From Candidatus Hydrogenedentota bacterium (GTDB lineage: Bacteria > Hydrogenedentota > Hydrogenedentia > Hydrogenedentales > SLHB01), in the NCBI GenBank assembly GCA_029974275.1, contig JARKSN010000313.1:2855-66854 (forward strand): a DNA stretch of 64,000 bases, given 5' to 3'. The position numbers and the translations under genes are program-made. The stretch's first letter is position 1. Each line of letters opens with the position of its first letter. This document shows, piece by piece, positions 28,220-37,300 of this stretch. Under the pieces are notes generated by a model. That model was not told where the DNA came from, ran no database searches, and saw nothing but the letters and a program-made list of their open reading frames with translations.

Positions 28220-30784
28220 ATGAAACGTCGGATCGCAGCGCCTATAATCTCTCTTCTGGCAACGGGGATGCTTGCGCTTGGAGTGGGGGGATGCGGCCTG
28301 GTCGTGGTGTCGCCTTCCGTGGCGTCGTTGAAGGTTGGTCAGACCGTGGGGCTGACCGCGAGCGGCACGTCGGACACGAGTTTCACGTGGCGCACCTCGA
28401 ATCCGGCCGTGGCTTCGGTAAGTGAGGGCGGGGTGGTGACGGCGCTGGCGATTGGGTCGGCCCGCATCACGGCGACCGGCAACGCTTCCGGTCAAGTGGG
28501 GAGCGCCGTCATCAACGTCGTGCCGTTTGTGGCGCGCGTCACGGTCGTTCCGGACGCGGCTTCCCTGGAGGCAGGCAAGACCTTGGCGCTGGCGGTTTCC
28601 TCGAATGATCCCCTTGACGCGAATTTTGAATGGGTTTCCAGCGATACGGCCGTTGCGACGGTCGACGCTTCCGGCGTGGTGACGGGGGCGGCTTCAGGAA
28701 TGGCCGTCATTTCGGCCACGGGCGTTCATAGCGGTGCGGGCGCCAAGGGGACATGCTCGATCACGGTCACCCCGCGCGTCATTCTTCCCCCTGTTGCGAA
28801 CGCGGGCGTCAGCGGAACGGCTTCCTACAACACCACGGTCGCGTTGGACGGGTCGTTGAGCAGCGATCCGCAGAGTTTGACGTTGACCTATGCGTGGACG
28901 CAGACTTCGGGGCCTGCGGCGACGCTTACGGGGGCGACGACGAACAAGCCTTCCTTCAAGCCTGCGCAACCGGGGTCGTACGTGTTTGAGCTGGTTGTGA
29001 ACAACGGGACCTTGTCCAGCGCTCCCGCGACGGTCACGATCACGGCGGTGAACAATCCCCCTGCGGCGGCCATAGCGATTGACGCCATTTCGGATATCGA
29101 GCGGCAGTACCTGGGGTTGGAAAGCACCTTGTCGAGCGGCTTGTCCAATGTCGGCGTCGGCACGGACGTGTATTTGCTGGGATCGGCCACGGACATCAAC
29201 GGCGATGCCATCGTCGGGTTTCAGTGGTCGATCGTGTCGCGCCCTGCCGGCTCCCTGGCGGCGTTGACCACCCCCACGGAGGCGGACACGGCGTTTCGCC
29301 CGGATGTCGCTGGCACGTATCGGATTTCGCTGATCGCTTCCGACGGTCTGAAAGCGGCGGGGGCCGCCGCCACGCAGGATATTCACGCGGGCTTCTGGGT
29401 CGGCGAAGGCACCGACGTTGGCCAGAGCGCCTGTGCGCCGTGTCACAACGGCACGGTCGCGCCGGACAAGACCACGGAGTGGCTGGGCACCAAACACGCC
29501 ATCACGTTTGCCAATCGGATTGATGGGCTGTACGGTCCGACGTATCCCGAGTATTGCCGCCGCTGTCATACGGTTGGGTATGACAAAACCGGCACGGCGG
29601 CAAACAATGGATTCGACGACGTGGCGGCGTCGGTAGGCTGGACGCTTCCCGGCACGCTACAGCCGGGCAATTGGGCGGCCCTGATCGCCGACACGCCGCA
29701 GTTGGCGCGTCTGGCGAATGTCCAATGCGAGAATTGTCATGGCCCGGCGAGCCAGCATGTGGCCGGGGCGGCGTTCACGCGCGACAAGAAGATGTCGGTT
29801 TCCTTCGGCAGCGGCAACTGCGGCATGTGTCATGGACAGGAAGAGGAATGGAAGCTGACCGGTCATGCGGACGAAAACGCGGAGCCGTGGACGATGCCGG
29901 TGGGGCCGTCTCGGACGGCGTGTGTGCGATGCCATTCGGGGGTGGGTTTTATCGACACGATTGGCGGGGTCACGCCGGCGCGCACGACCAAGCAGAATCC
30001 CACGTGCGCGGTGTGTCATGATCCCCACAGCGACGCCCACGAAGCCCAGTTGCGTTTGGGGGATGAGGTCACCTTGCCGGGCAACGTGCGCGTGACGGGG
30101 GTCGGGCCGAACGCGGTATGCATGTATTGCCACAACGCGCGGCGGGCTCCGGCGGACGCCCTCGCTGGGTCCTATCCGCATTACAGCACCGCGTCGGAGA
30201 TGGTCCTGGGGGTCAATGGGATCACCTATTCCAACGGTCCCATTCCCAATTCGCCGCATACCTTGATGAAGACGGGATGCGTGGACTGTCATATGGCGCC
30301 GACGCCGGGCGTGGAACGCGACAATGTGCATCAGCCGGGCGAGGGCGTGGTGGGGGCGCATACCTTGGCAATCACCGCTCGAACCTCCGATCCGGCAAGC
30401 CCGGATTATGGGTTTGAGAACGTGCAGCACGCATGCAACACGGCGGGGTGCCATGACAAGAGCCCCATCGTCGCGGTGAATCGCACGGCGTATGGAGATT
30501 ATGATGGCGATGGCGCGATCGAGGGCGTCCAGGATGAGGTGCGGGATTTGATGGCGCTGGTGAAGACCGCGATCGTGAACAGCGGGGTGACGGCGCTTGC
30601 CAACAACCCCTACTGGGCCAACGTCACCACCAATGCCCAGCGCAGGGCCATTTACAACTATTCCCTGGCAAAGGGCGATGGCAGTTACGGCATTCACAAT
30701 ACGGGTTTCGTGGTTGGATTGCTCCAGTTGTCCTACAAAGATTTGAAGGGGCATGACGTTCCGGGGGCGACGCTCCGGTATTGA
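28220..30784 (+). CDS. Outer-surface lipoprotein multiheme c-type cytochrome with three N-terminal bacterial Ig-like (Big_2) domains (8 CxxCH plus one CX4CH)
   Basis: Lipobox LALGVGGCG. Three Big_2-like repeats (TSNPAVASVSEGGVVTALAIGSARITATG; SSDTAVATVDASGVVTGAASGMAVISATG). Heme motifs CAPCH, CRRCH, CENCH, CGMCH, CVRCH, CAVCH, CMYCH, CVDCH plus C-terminal CNTAGCH. Confidence 0.8.
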   Translation: MKRRIAAPIISLLATGMLALGVGGCGLVVVSPSVASLKVGQTVGLTASGTSDTSFTWRTSNPAVASVSEGGVVTALAIGSARITATGNASGQVGSAVINVVPFVARVTVVPDAASLEAGKTLALAVSSNDPLDANFEWVSSDTAVATVDASGVVTGAASGMAVISATGVHSGAGAKGTCSITVTPRVILPPVANAGVSGTASYNTTVALDGSLSSDPQSLTLTYAWTQTSGPAATLTGATTNKPSFKPAQPGSYVFELVVNNGTLSSAPATVTITAVNNPPAAAIAIDAISDIERQYLGLESTLSSGLSNVGVGTDVYLLGSATDINGDAIVGFQWSIVSRPAGSLAALTTPTEADTAFRPDVAGTYRISLIASDGLKAAGAAATQDIHAGFWVGEGTDVGQSACAPCHNGTVAPDKTTEWLGTKHAITFANRIDGLYGPTYPEYCRRCHTVGYDKTGTAANNGFDDVAASVGWTLPGTLQPGNWAALIADTPQLARLANVQCENCHGPASQHVAGAAFTRDKKMSVSFGSGNCGMCHGQEEEWKLTGHADENAEPWTMPVGPSRTACVRCHSGVGFIDTIGGVTPARTTKQNPTCAVCHDPHSDAHEAQLRLGDEVTLPGNVRVTGVGPNAVCMYCHNARRAPADALAGSYPHYSTASEMVLGVNGITYSNGPIPNSPHTLMKTGCVDCHMAPTPGVERDNVHQPGEGVVGAHTLAITARTSDPASPDYGFENVQHACNTAGCHDKSPIVAVNRTAYGDYDGDGAIEGVQDEVRDLMALVKTAIVNSGVTALANNPYWANVTTNAQRRAIYNYSLAKGDGSYGIHNTGFVVGLLQLSYKDLKGHDVPGATLRY

Positions 30785-30848
30785 GCGCAGGTTTTCCAGG
30801 GGCGCGAAGGGGCGGCGTGCGTGCGGGACATAACGTGAGAATGGCGGC

Positions 30849-31646
30849 ATGAACGTGATGTGGAAATCGCTGGCGGTTCCGGCAGGACTGTTGGGTTTTG
30901 TCGTGGCGAGTTCTCTGGGCGCGCAACAGTGCGGCGGGCCGGCCACGGTGGGAACGGGGGTTTGCATCGCGTGTCATGACGGGCGTTCCGCCACGGACCA
31001 ACTCGATTTTCTGGTCAGCCAGCATGCCGGCATCGAGTGCGAAGCCTGCCACGGACCGGGCTACGTGCATGTACGCAATGGCGGACGCGGCGGACGGTTC
31101 ATCAAAAACCCCGCCAAGGAGTCATTCGCGAACGCGTATCGGCTTTGCACCGCTTGCCATGCGGAGCAGGTGGCTGGTTTTCTGGCGAGCGGTCACGGCC
31201 AGAAACAGGCGGCGACGTGCCATGACTGTCACGACGTGCATGCGCCCGGCGGCGCCCGACGCAATCCGAACAACAACGAGATGTGTCTGACATGCCATGC
31301 GCCGTTCGGATTTTCGGACAGCGCGGCCATCGAGGCGCATACGATGTATCATCCGAATGATCCGGGGGGGACGGGCGCGAGTCGTTGCATCTCCTGTCAC
31401 ATGCCGCCGTTGGACGCGATCCTTCAGGCAGACGGCCCGCATGATCACACGCTGGCGACGATCCCGCCGATTCGTTCCAACGAGGCCGCGCAGGCGGGCG
31501 CGGTTCCGACGCCGCCCAATTCGTGTTCGGGCATCGCGGGCTGTCACGATGGTTCCGTGCCCGGCGCGCCGATTTTTGACGTCGACAATTTCACCTTTAA
31601 CGGCATACTCCAATCGCTCTATGAGCAGGTGGGTCAGATGCCGTAA
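30849..31646 (+). CDS. Periplasmic multiheme c-type cytochrome (6 CxxCH plus one CX5CH)
   Basis: Signal peptide MNVMWKSLAVPAGLLGFVVASSLGAQQ. Motifs CIACH, CEACH, CTACH, CHDCH, CLTCH, CISCH and C-terminal CSGIAGCH. Confidence 0.8.
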   Translation: MNVMWKSLAVPAGLLGFVVASSLGAQQCGGPATVGTGVCIACHDGRSATDQLDFLVSQHAGIECEACHGPGYVHVRNGGRGGRFIKNPAKESFANAYRLCTACHAEQVAGFLASGHGQKQAATCHDCHDVHAPGGARRNPNNNEMCLTCHAPFGFSDSAAIEAHTMYHPNDPGGTGASRCISCHMPPLDAILQADGPHDHTLATIPPIRSNEAAQAGAVPTPPNSCSGIAGCHDGSVPGAPIFDVDNFTFNGILQSLYEQVGQMP

Positions 31647-31673
31647 CGCGGCGGTCCGGGAACGGTCGGGGTC

Positions 31674-33302
31674 GTGATCCGGCGGCGCATGGCGGAGGCG
31701 GGGAGACGCACGGTGGGAGTTGAGCACGCATTTCGATGGCGGTGGGCGTTGGCAGGCGTTGTCCTATGGGGTTTCGTGATCGGCGCTTCCGCACGCGCCG
31801 CGGATCAAGGAGACGACGCTTCTTCGGAAGCCGGGCAGGAAACCCTTCAGGCGCCGCGCGCGGCTGCTCCTGAATCGACCGCGGGGGATGAAAAGCCCGA
31901 GAAGACGCCGAAGAAGTGGTTGCGGGGCAGCTTTGAAACCGGTCTGGACGCCGCATGGTCGGACCGGGATTCGGACATCAATCTGGATCAAACCTTGCGC
32001 GTGAAGATTGACCCGCCGAATCATGAGCGGATTCATATTCGCGCATCGTTGTGGCTGCGGGAAGACCTTGACGGCGACGAGTCGCGGACGAGCGGCTTGC
32101 GCGATGTCGACGACGCCTACGGGTCGAGCGTTCGGTTTCGTCCGCTATACATGTATGTGGACGTGGACGATCTCTGGGGCGATTCCACGTTGCGCCTCGG
32201 CCGGCAACGCATCCAGGAAGGAACGGCCTGGAACCGGATCGACGGCCTTTACTTCAAACAGCGCGCGGCGTGGGGGGACTGGTATGTTTTCGCAGGCGCG
32301 CGGGCTTCCTTGTACACAGACGCGCACAGGGATTTCGCGGGCGGCGGCGGCGTCTCGTTCCGCCCGGCCCCGGCGACGCGGATAGCGCTGGACGGGTATT
32401 ACGGCACGGAGCGCGATCGCGATCGCGATGAGACGTTTTTCTGGCCGTTGGCGTGGGGCGCCTGGTTCAACCTCGCCTCGCCGAGGGCGGTCCCGGACGA
32501 TCGGGAAGACCATCAGATATCGCTGAGCGCGTGGCAAGCGGTCGGCGCGCATCTCATGCTGTATGGCCGTCTCACGGAGCAAAGCGGCGCGTTTCACAGC
32601 GCGCTCCTCAGCGCGACGGGAACCATCCCCGCGTGGAACCTCACCTACGAGGCGGCCTACCGCGCCCAGACCGACGCCATTGGGGATCGACTGCGCGATC
32701 TGGGCGGTTTTTACCAGACCGTGGGGCGCCGCGACAAGCGCCAGGACTTTCGGATCGCCTTGCATCGCCCGCTGACGGAAAAATGGACGCTTTCGCTGGA
32801 AAGCGAATTTCGCCGAAGCGACGCCCATGCTTCCGGTTTCGGCAATCGCGATTATGATCGTTACGCGGCGATCCTGTCGGCGGAAAAGCTGCGGGGCGGC
32901 ATCGACGCCACCGTCGGTCTCGCGTGGTGGCGCACCGATCGCGATCAGGGGTCGACGGCCGTCACGGCGGAGGTTGCCAAGAAATGGAGCCGCCTTTCGC
33001 TGGCGTTGGGGGCTGATTTCGAGCGATACGAGGACCGGATTGTTTATCATCCCCTGTCGTTTTGGGCGGACCAATTCACGCCGGGGACGATCTTCGGCGC
33101 GTATCCATTCGTCAATCGTTTGCTGTATCTCGCGGATGGCGTGGCGATCGACACGCGCGAAAACGTGCGGTCGATCTACGGAAAGGCCAAATGGACCGTC
33201 CGGCCTGACCATGACGTGAACGCGCGCGTCTCGTACGAGACGGACAGCGAGCCGGATTCGCCGTACTGGCGGGTGCAGATGGGATATGTCGTTCGTTTCT
33301 AA
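31674..33302 (+). CDS. Outer-membrane beta-barrel protein (porin-like), candidate porin component of a porin-cytochrome complex
   Basis: Signal peptide ending ASARA. About 500 aa of alternating amphipathic beta-strand-like segments rich in Tyr, Trp, Arg and Asp. Terminates YVVRF: a C-terminal aromatic Phe is the classic BAM recognition signature of OM beta-barrels. Lies between multiheme cytochrome genes. Start may be M6 at 31689. Confidence 0.6.
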   Translation: MIRRRMAEAGRRTVGVEHAFRWRWALAGVVLWGFVIGASARAADQGDDASSEAGQETLQAPRAAAPESTAGDEKPEKTPKKWLRGSFETGLDAAWSDRDSDINLDQTLRVKIDPPNHERIHIRASLWLREDLDGDESRTSGLRDVDDAYGSSVRFRPLYMYVDVDDLWGDSTLRLGRQRIQEGTAWNRIDGLYFKQRAAWGDWYVFAGARASLYTDAHRDFAGGGGVSFRPAPATRIALDGYYGTERDRDRDETFFWPLAWGAWFNLASPRAVPDDREDHQISLSAWQAVGAHLMLYGRLTEQSGAFHSALLSATGTIPAWNLTYEAAYRAQTDAIGDRLRDLGGFYQTVGRRDKRQDFRIALHRPLTEKWTLSLESEFRRSDAHASGFGNRDYDRYAAILSAEKLRGGIDATVGLAWWRTDRDQGSTAVTAEVAKKWSRLSLALGADFERYEDRIVYHPLSFWADQFTPGTIFGAYPFVNRLLYLADGVAIDTRENVRSIYGKAKWTVRPDHDVNARVSYETDSEPDSPYWRVQMGYVVRF

Positions 33303-33321
33303 CGCGAAGGAGTGTGCTGCG

Positions 33322-34344
33322 ATGCCGCGCCGCAACGGAAAGCTATGGTTGATGACGGGCCTGCTCGTTGCGCTTGCGGGCGCGTGCATGACGTATTCGG
33401 TGACTTCCTTGGCGCGCAAGGACCGCGGTATCCGCGCCCACCATGCCCAGCACGCCAAGGAAGGGCTGGCCTGCGCCGACTGCCACGCTTTCGACAAGGG
33501 GGAGGCTGTTTTTCCCGGTCATGACACCTGCAGCGCCTGCCACGAGGTCGACGCCGAGCTCACGCCCGGCAAGGCGTGCGAGAAATGCCATACGAAGGAG
33601 GGCTACGCGATCGAGCGCTATGTCAAGCGCGTGCGGGATGAAGTGAAATTCGCGCATCCGGTTCATCTTGCCAAAGGCATCGAATGCGCCGTCTGCCATG
33701 CCGATCCCGACAAGTCCCTGCTGTCGACCGGATCGCTGAAACCGTTCTGCATGGACTGCCATGGCAAGACCGATCCCGCGCTGAATGCTTGCGAGACCTG
33801 TCACGCCGTCATCAACAAGACCGTCCGCCCGACGGAACGCGGCGGAGTCCGCTTGGCGCACGATGCCCCCGCCATTTGGGAACGCGTGCATGGCCGCGAG
33901 TCGCGGGTCGATCCGAAATACTGCGCGTTGTGCCACGACCAGGAGGATGATTGCGAGGATTGTCACCGCAAGACGCCTCCCCGGGATCATACCGTGGCGT
34001 GGCGTCGCGACGGGCACGGCCTGCGCGCCCAATGGGATATCGAGAAATGCTCCACCTGTCATGAAGAAGACATGTGCATCAAGTGTCACCGGAACGCCGC
34101 GCCGCGATCGCACGCCGCCGGGTGGGGAAGCCCCGCCAATCTTCATTGCGCGACATGCCATTATCCGCCTGCGGGGGAAGGATGCGTGACGTGTCATGAG
34201 ACCGTCTCGCATGCGACGGCCATGCCGTCGCCGCATGATATGGGCATTTTCCCGCCAAAATGCGGCCGCTGTCATCCCGGAGGATTGCCCAATCGCGCGC
34301 CCCACATCATGAACGGCAGCGCGCGCTGCGCCGTTTGCCACTGA
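33322..34344 (+). CDS. Multiheme c-type cytochrome, 14 CxxCH motifs (c7-polymer-like)
   Basis: Signal peptide MPRRNGKLWLMTGLLVALAGAC (lipobox-like). CADCH, CSACH, CEKCH, CAVCH, CMDCH, CETCH, CALCH, CEDCH, CSTCH, CIKCH, CATCH, CVTCH, CGRCH, CAVCH: one heme per about 24 residues. Overlaps the barrel gene by 17 nt if started at 33286. Confidence 0.8.
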   Translation: MPRRNGKLWLMTGLLVALAGACMTYSVTSLARKDRGIRAHHAQHAKEGLACADCHAFDKGEAVFPGHDTCSACHEVDAELTPGKACEKCHTKEGYAIERYVKRVRDEVKFAHPVHLAKGIECAVCHADPDKSLLSTGSLKPFCMDCHGKTDPALNACETCHAVINKTVRPTERGGVRLAHDAPAIWERVHGRESRVDPKYCALCHDQEDDCEDCHRKTPPRDHTVAWRRDGHGLRAQWDIEKCSTCHEEDMCIKCHRNAAPRSHAAGWGSPANLHCATCHYPPAGEGCVTCHETVSHATAMPSPHDMGIFPPKCGRCHPGGLPNRAPHIMNGSARCAVCH

Positions 34345-34654
34345 GAGCGCCGCCTGCCGTTCCCGTGGCGTGACGGTTCCGCGCGAAAGATATCCGGGCG
34401 CAGCGTTCAAGCGCTCGGCCCAGCTGCAGGTTCTGTTGCGCATGTTCCCAAGGACGCCAACGGCCTCGGTCGCGGGAAGAGCCGTGGCGGCGGCGCTCCT
34501 TCCTCTGGAACCCGCAGGCGTGGAATCGTACAATGCCCCGCGAGAGAGACCCGTGGGGGAAAACGCTGAACCATGTTTGCCAGGAGCGCCGCCGAGCACA
34601 TGATAGCCGGCCTTTGTGGTCATGCCGTTGGATTGCGCGCCGGGGCGCCGCCGC

Positions 34655-36109
34655 ATGACTGATATCGGACGGCATGGGCGCAACATCGCGTGGCTTGCGT
34701 TGGCCGATCTTTTTGGCAAGGCGTGCGGCGTATTCTATTTCGCCTACCTTTCGCGAAGTCTGTCCGTGATCGAGAATGGATGGTACGGGACATTCATCGC
34801 CGCCATTCCGATACTCAGCACGCTGAATACGCTCGGGTTTCAGGACATCGTGACGCGGGAGACGTCCCGGGACCGCGGTCGCGTTCACGCGCTCATGGGG
34901 TCGGGCATGGCGACGCAGCTGGGTCTTTTCGTGGTTCTGCTCCCGGCGGTCTGGGGCGTGTCCGTGTGGCTGGGCTACGATCCGTCTCTTCGTTTCGTCA
35001 TCGCGTTGGCGGCGCTGGCGGCCCTTGAACGGGCGCTGATCTCGATGCATGCCGCCGTAATCGCCGCGCACGAACGCTTCAAATACGCCAGCATCGTCGC
35101 GATTTTCACGCGGTCGGCAACGGTGGCGGGCGGCATAGGCTTGCTGTACTTGGGCTATGGGCTCAAGGGCATTCTCTGTTTCACCCTCGGCGTTTTTGTC
35201 ATGGAACTGCTGCTTACGTACGTTGCGGTTCGCCGGAAATGCGTGAACTATCGCCTCGTGTATCGTCTTTCCGACGTGCGCTTTCTCCTGCGCGAGGGAT
35301 CGGGGATGGCGTCGGGGCGCCTTGTGTCGGTACTATATTACAGTATGGACATGTTTGTCCTCAACGCCTTGGTTTCCGGCGAGGAAGTGGGTTATTTTGC
35401 GGTGGGGACCCGGTTTCTGGCGCTGCTTTGGACGTTTCCCGATCTCTTGGAGAGCGTTTCCTATCCCATTTTGAGCCGCAAGGCGCTCGAGGGGGAGGCG
35501 TCGCAGCATTTCGCTTTTTTGCGGTTGGTCAAGGGGATGACGCTGATTGGGTTTCCGATGGCATGCGGCATGTCGGCGCTTTCCGAGGGGGTGGTGGCCA
35601 CGTTGTGCGGCGCCAAGTTCATTCCCGGAGCGGCGGCGGCGGCGGTCTTGACGTGGGTGCTTGCGTTGGAAATGCTGATGCGGATTCCCACGGTGTATTT
35701 GCGCGCCCGTTCGTGTTTTGCGGCCGTCACGCGCTGCTACGCCTTGGGCGTCGCGATAAAGCTTCCGTTGGCATGGCTGCTCGTTCCTCGGCTGGGCGTC
35801 AACAGCTTTCTGGCAATCAGCGTCCTGGCCTCCTGCATCATGTCTGTGGTCATTTTTCGAAGCGTGCGCTCCGTGTTGCCGGCTCTTTTTTGGCGCGAGG
35901 TTTTCGTGACGGCGGGCAAGCCTTTGATCGCTGCGATCGCGATGGCGGCCATGCTGTGGCCGATGAGGGACCTGTCGGTTTTCCTCACCGTGCCGGCGGG
36001 AGCGATCGGGTATGGCGTTGTTTTTGCCGCATTGGGCGGGATCGATCCGTTCGATCTTTCCTTTCTGCGCCAGCTGCTTGTCCGAAAAGGCGGCCGGGAA
36101 GCGGCGTAA
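34655..36109 (+). CDS. Polysaccharide/oligosaccharide flippase (Wzx/MOP superfamily)
   Basis: About 12 predicted TM helices. Overall similarity to O-antigen/teichoic acid flippases (LADLFGKACGVFYFAYLSRSLSV...). Start could be 34616. Confidence 0.65.
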   Translation: MTDIGRHGRNIAWLALADLFGKACGVFYFAYLSRSLSVIENGWYGTFIAAIPILSTLNTLGFQDIVTRETSRDRGRVHALMGSGMATQLGLFVVLLPAVWGVSVWLGYDPSLRFVIALAALAALERALISMHAAVIAAHERFKYASIVAIFTRSATVAGGIGLLYLGYGLKGILCFTLGVFVMELLLTYVAVRRKCVNYRLVYRLSDVRFLLREGSGMASGRLVSVLYYSMDMFVLNALVSGEEVGYFAVGTRFLALLWTFPDLLESVSYPILSRKALEGEASQHFAFLRLVKGMTLIGFPMACGMSALSEGVVATLCGAKFIPGAAAAAVLTWVLALEMLMRIPTVYLRARSCFAAVTRCYALGVAIKLPLAWLLVPRLGVNSFLAISVLASCIMSVVIFRSVRSVLPALFWREVFVTAGKPLIAAIAMAAMLWPMRDLSVFLTVPAGAIGYGVVFAALGGIDPFDLSFLRQLLVRKGGREAA

Positions 36110-36356
36110 TCCGGGCGGCATGTTCCGCGCCATCGCTCGACTTTTTAATACGATGCCCCCAGAAGGCTTACCCACTGCAAAAGCTTTGCTGAAGGTATGC
36201 GTGGCTAGAGCGTTTTCGCTAATTATGCCTGAGCCCATCCTCCCGACAATCCTTCATCTTTTGGCAATCGGCTATGGGAAACGGGGAGGGATATCGAGAT
36301 TCTTTGATATTTGGTTTCAAGGCGCGCCTGTCACGCAACTACGTGAAAATTTACGC

Positions 36357-37133
36357 CTATTTTTGCTGCAACAGCCGGATGCGCTGCGCGATTTGTTTGA
36401 TGGGTTTTGTGTAGGGGGTTGCGTCGCCGGCGCAGGCGAGGTAGTCGATGCGGAGGGTCTTTTTTGTGGGGGCCTTCCAGGTTTCGGCGTCGAAGGAGCC
36501 GATGAGGGTGAGGCCCGCGTCGGCAATGGCTTGTTCGATGAATTCGCGGGGGTACATGCGTTCGCGAATGACGCTCTCCGCGCCGCGATTGACTTTCACG
36601 ATGGTCTCGGACAGTCCCTTGCCGCGATGGTACCGGCTGTCCCAGTCGCTCGAAATGCGCCCGGTTCGTTCGCTCCAGCGTTGGTCCTCGAAATGTTCCA
36701 GCACCATGCGCTCGGTCACGACGTCGAAATAGAACAGGCCTTGTGGCCGTAGCGCGCGCGCGACTTCGCGCAATCCTTTGCGGAAATCGCGTTCGGCCAG
36801 CAGGAAATTAAAACTGTCGAACAGGCACGTCACGAAATCGACGTTGCGAAACGGCAGCGCGCGAAGGTCCGCGACGGCTACTGGAAGCCTCCGCGCGCCT
36901 TTCTTCCCGGCGCGCACCATCGCGGGCGAAAGGTCGCACCCCACGCTGGTCCACCCCGTCCTGCGCAGGCGCTTGATCAACGTGGCCGTGCCGCACGCCG
37001 CATCGAGATGCACGAACGGCTCGGGCAACATCTCCGCCAGCGCGCGCACCCCGACTTCCCACCGATCATAGTTCACATGCGCCATCAGCGGGTCGTAGTA
37101 ACGGGCCAGGTCTTTGAAGGCGTCTTCGATCAT
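36357..37133 (-). CDS. Class I SAM-dependent methyltransferase
   Basis: MIEDAFKDLARYYD...HLDAACGTATLIKRL...VGCDLSPAMV: SAM-binding motif I (DAACGTG-like) and post-I acidic residue. AAGAGG RBS 8 nt upstream. Confidence 0.75.
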   Translation of the reverse strand: MIEDAFKDLARYYDPLMAHVNYDRWEVGVRALAEMLPEPFVHLDAACGTATLIKRLRRTGWTSVGCDLSPAMVRAGKKGARRLPVAVADLRALPFRNVDFVTCLFDSFNFLLAERDFRKGLREVARALRPQGLFYFDVVTERMVLEHFEDQRWSERTGRISSDWDSRYHRGKGLSETIVKVNRGAESVIRERMYPREFIEQAIADAGLTLIGSFDAETWKAPTKKTLRIDYLACAGDATPYTKPIKQIAQRIRLLQQK

Positions 37134-37147
37134 GGAGTAAGCCTCTT

Positions 37148-37179
37148 GGGGAAACCCTTCTTGGAAGAAGGGTTTTCCC
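37148..37179 (-). promoter_or_regulatory. Strong hairpin immediately 5' of the methyltransferase ribosome-binding site
   Basis: GGGGAAACCCTTCTtggaAGAAGGGTTTTCCC: about 14-bp near-perfect stem (one G-U). On the minus strand it ends about 15 nt upstream of the AAGAGG Shine-Dalgarno for the ATG at 37133. Confidence 0.4.
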
Positions 37180-37257
37180 AAACTCCTTCCCAAGAACTTT
37201 TGTTGGCGCTTCGCGCGTGGGATGCGCAGCACTAAAAAAGTTTTTTGGAAAGGGGTT

Positions 37258-37290
37258 CGGGGAAAACCATTTTTCAAAAAAGTTTTCCCC
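37258..37290 (-). terminator. Candidate intrinsic terminator downstream of yqeK
   Basis: CGGGGAAAACC...GTTTTCCCC inverted repeat (9-bp stem, 13-nt A/T loop). On the minus strand a U-run (CCAAAAAACUUUUUU) follows after a 9-nt spacer. Confidence 0.4.
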
Positions 37291-37300
37291 GGTTATCGTT

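Noticed and set aside
29657-34719. Several 430-460-aa minus-strand ORFs (29657-30967, 32145-33497, 33343-34719) opposite the cytochrome/barrel genes
   Set aside because: The plus strand carries dense CxxCH motifs and signal peptides. Minus-strand frames are Arg-rich with no features.
36012-36752. 246-aa plus-strand ORF bridging the flippase 3' end and the methyltransferase gene
   Set aside because: Overlaps two supported genes and the lower-GC convergent spacer. No motifs. Likely spurious, though a short real ORF within 36120-36350 cannot be excluded.
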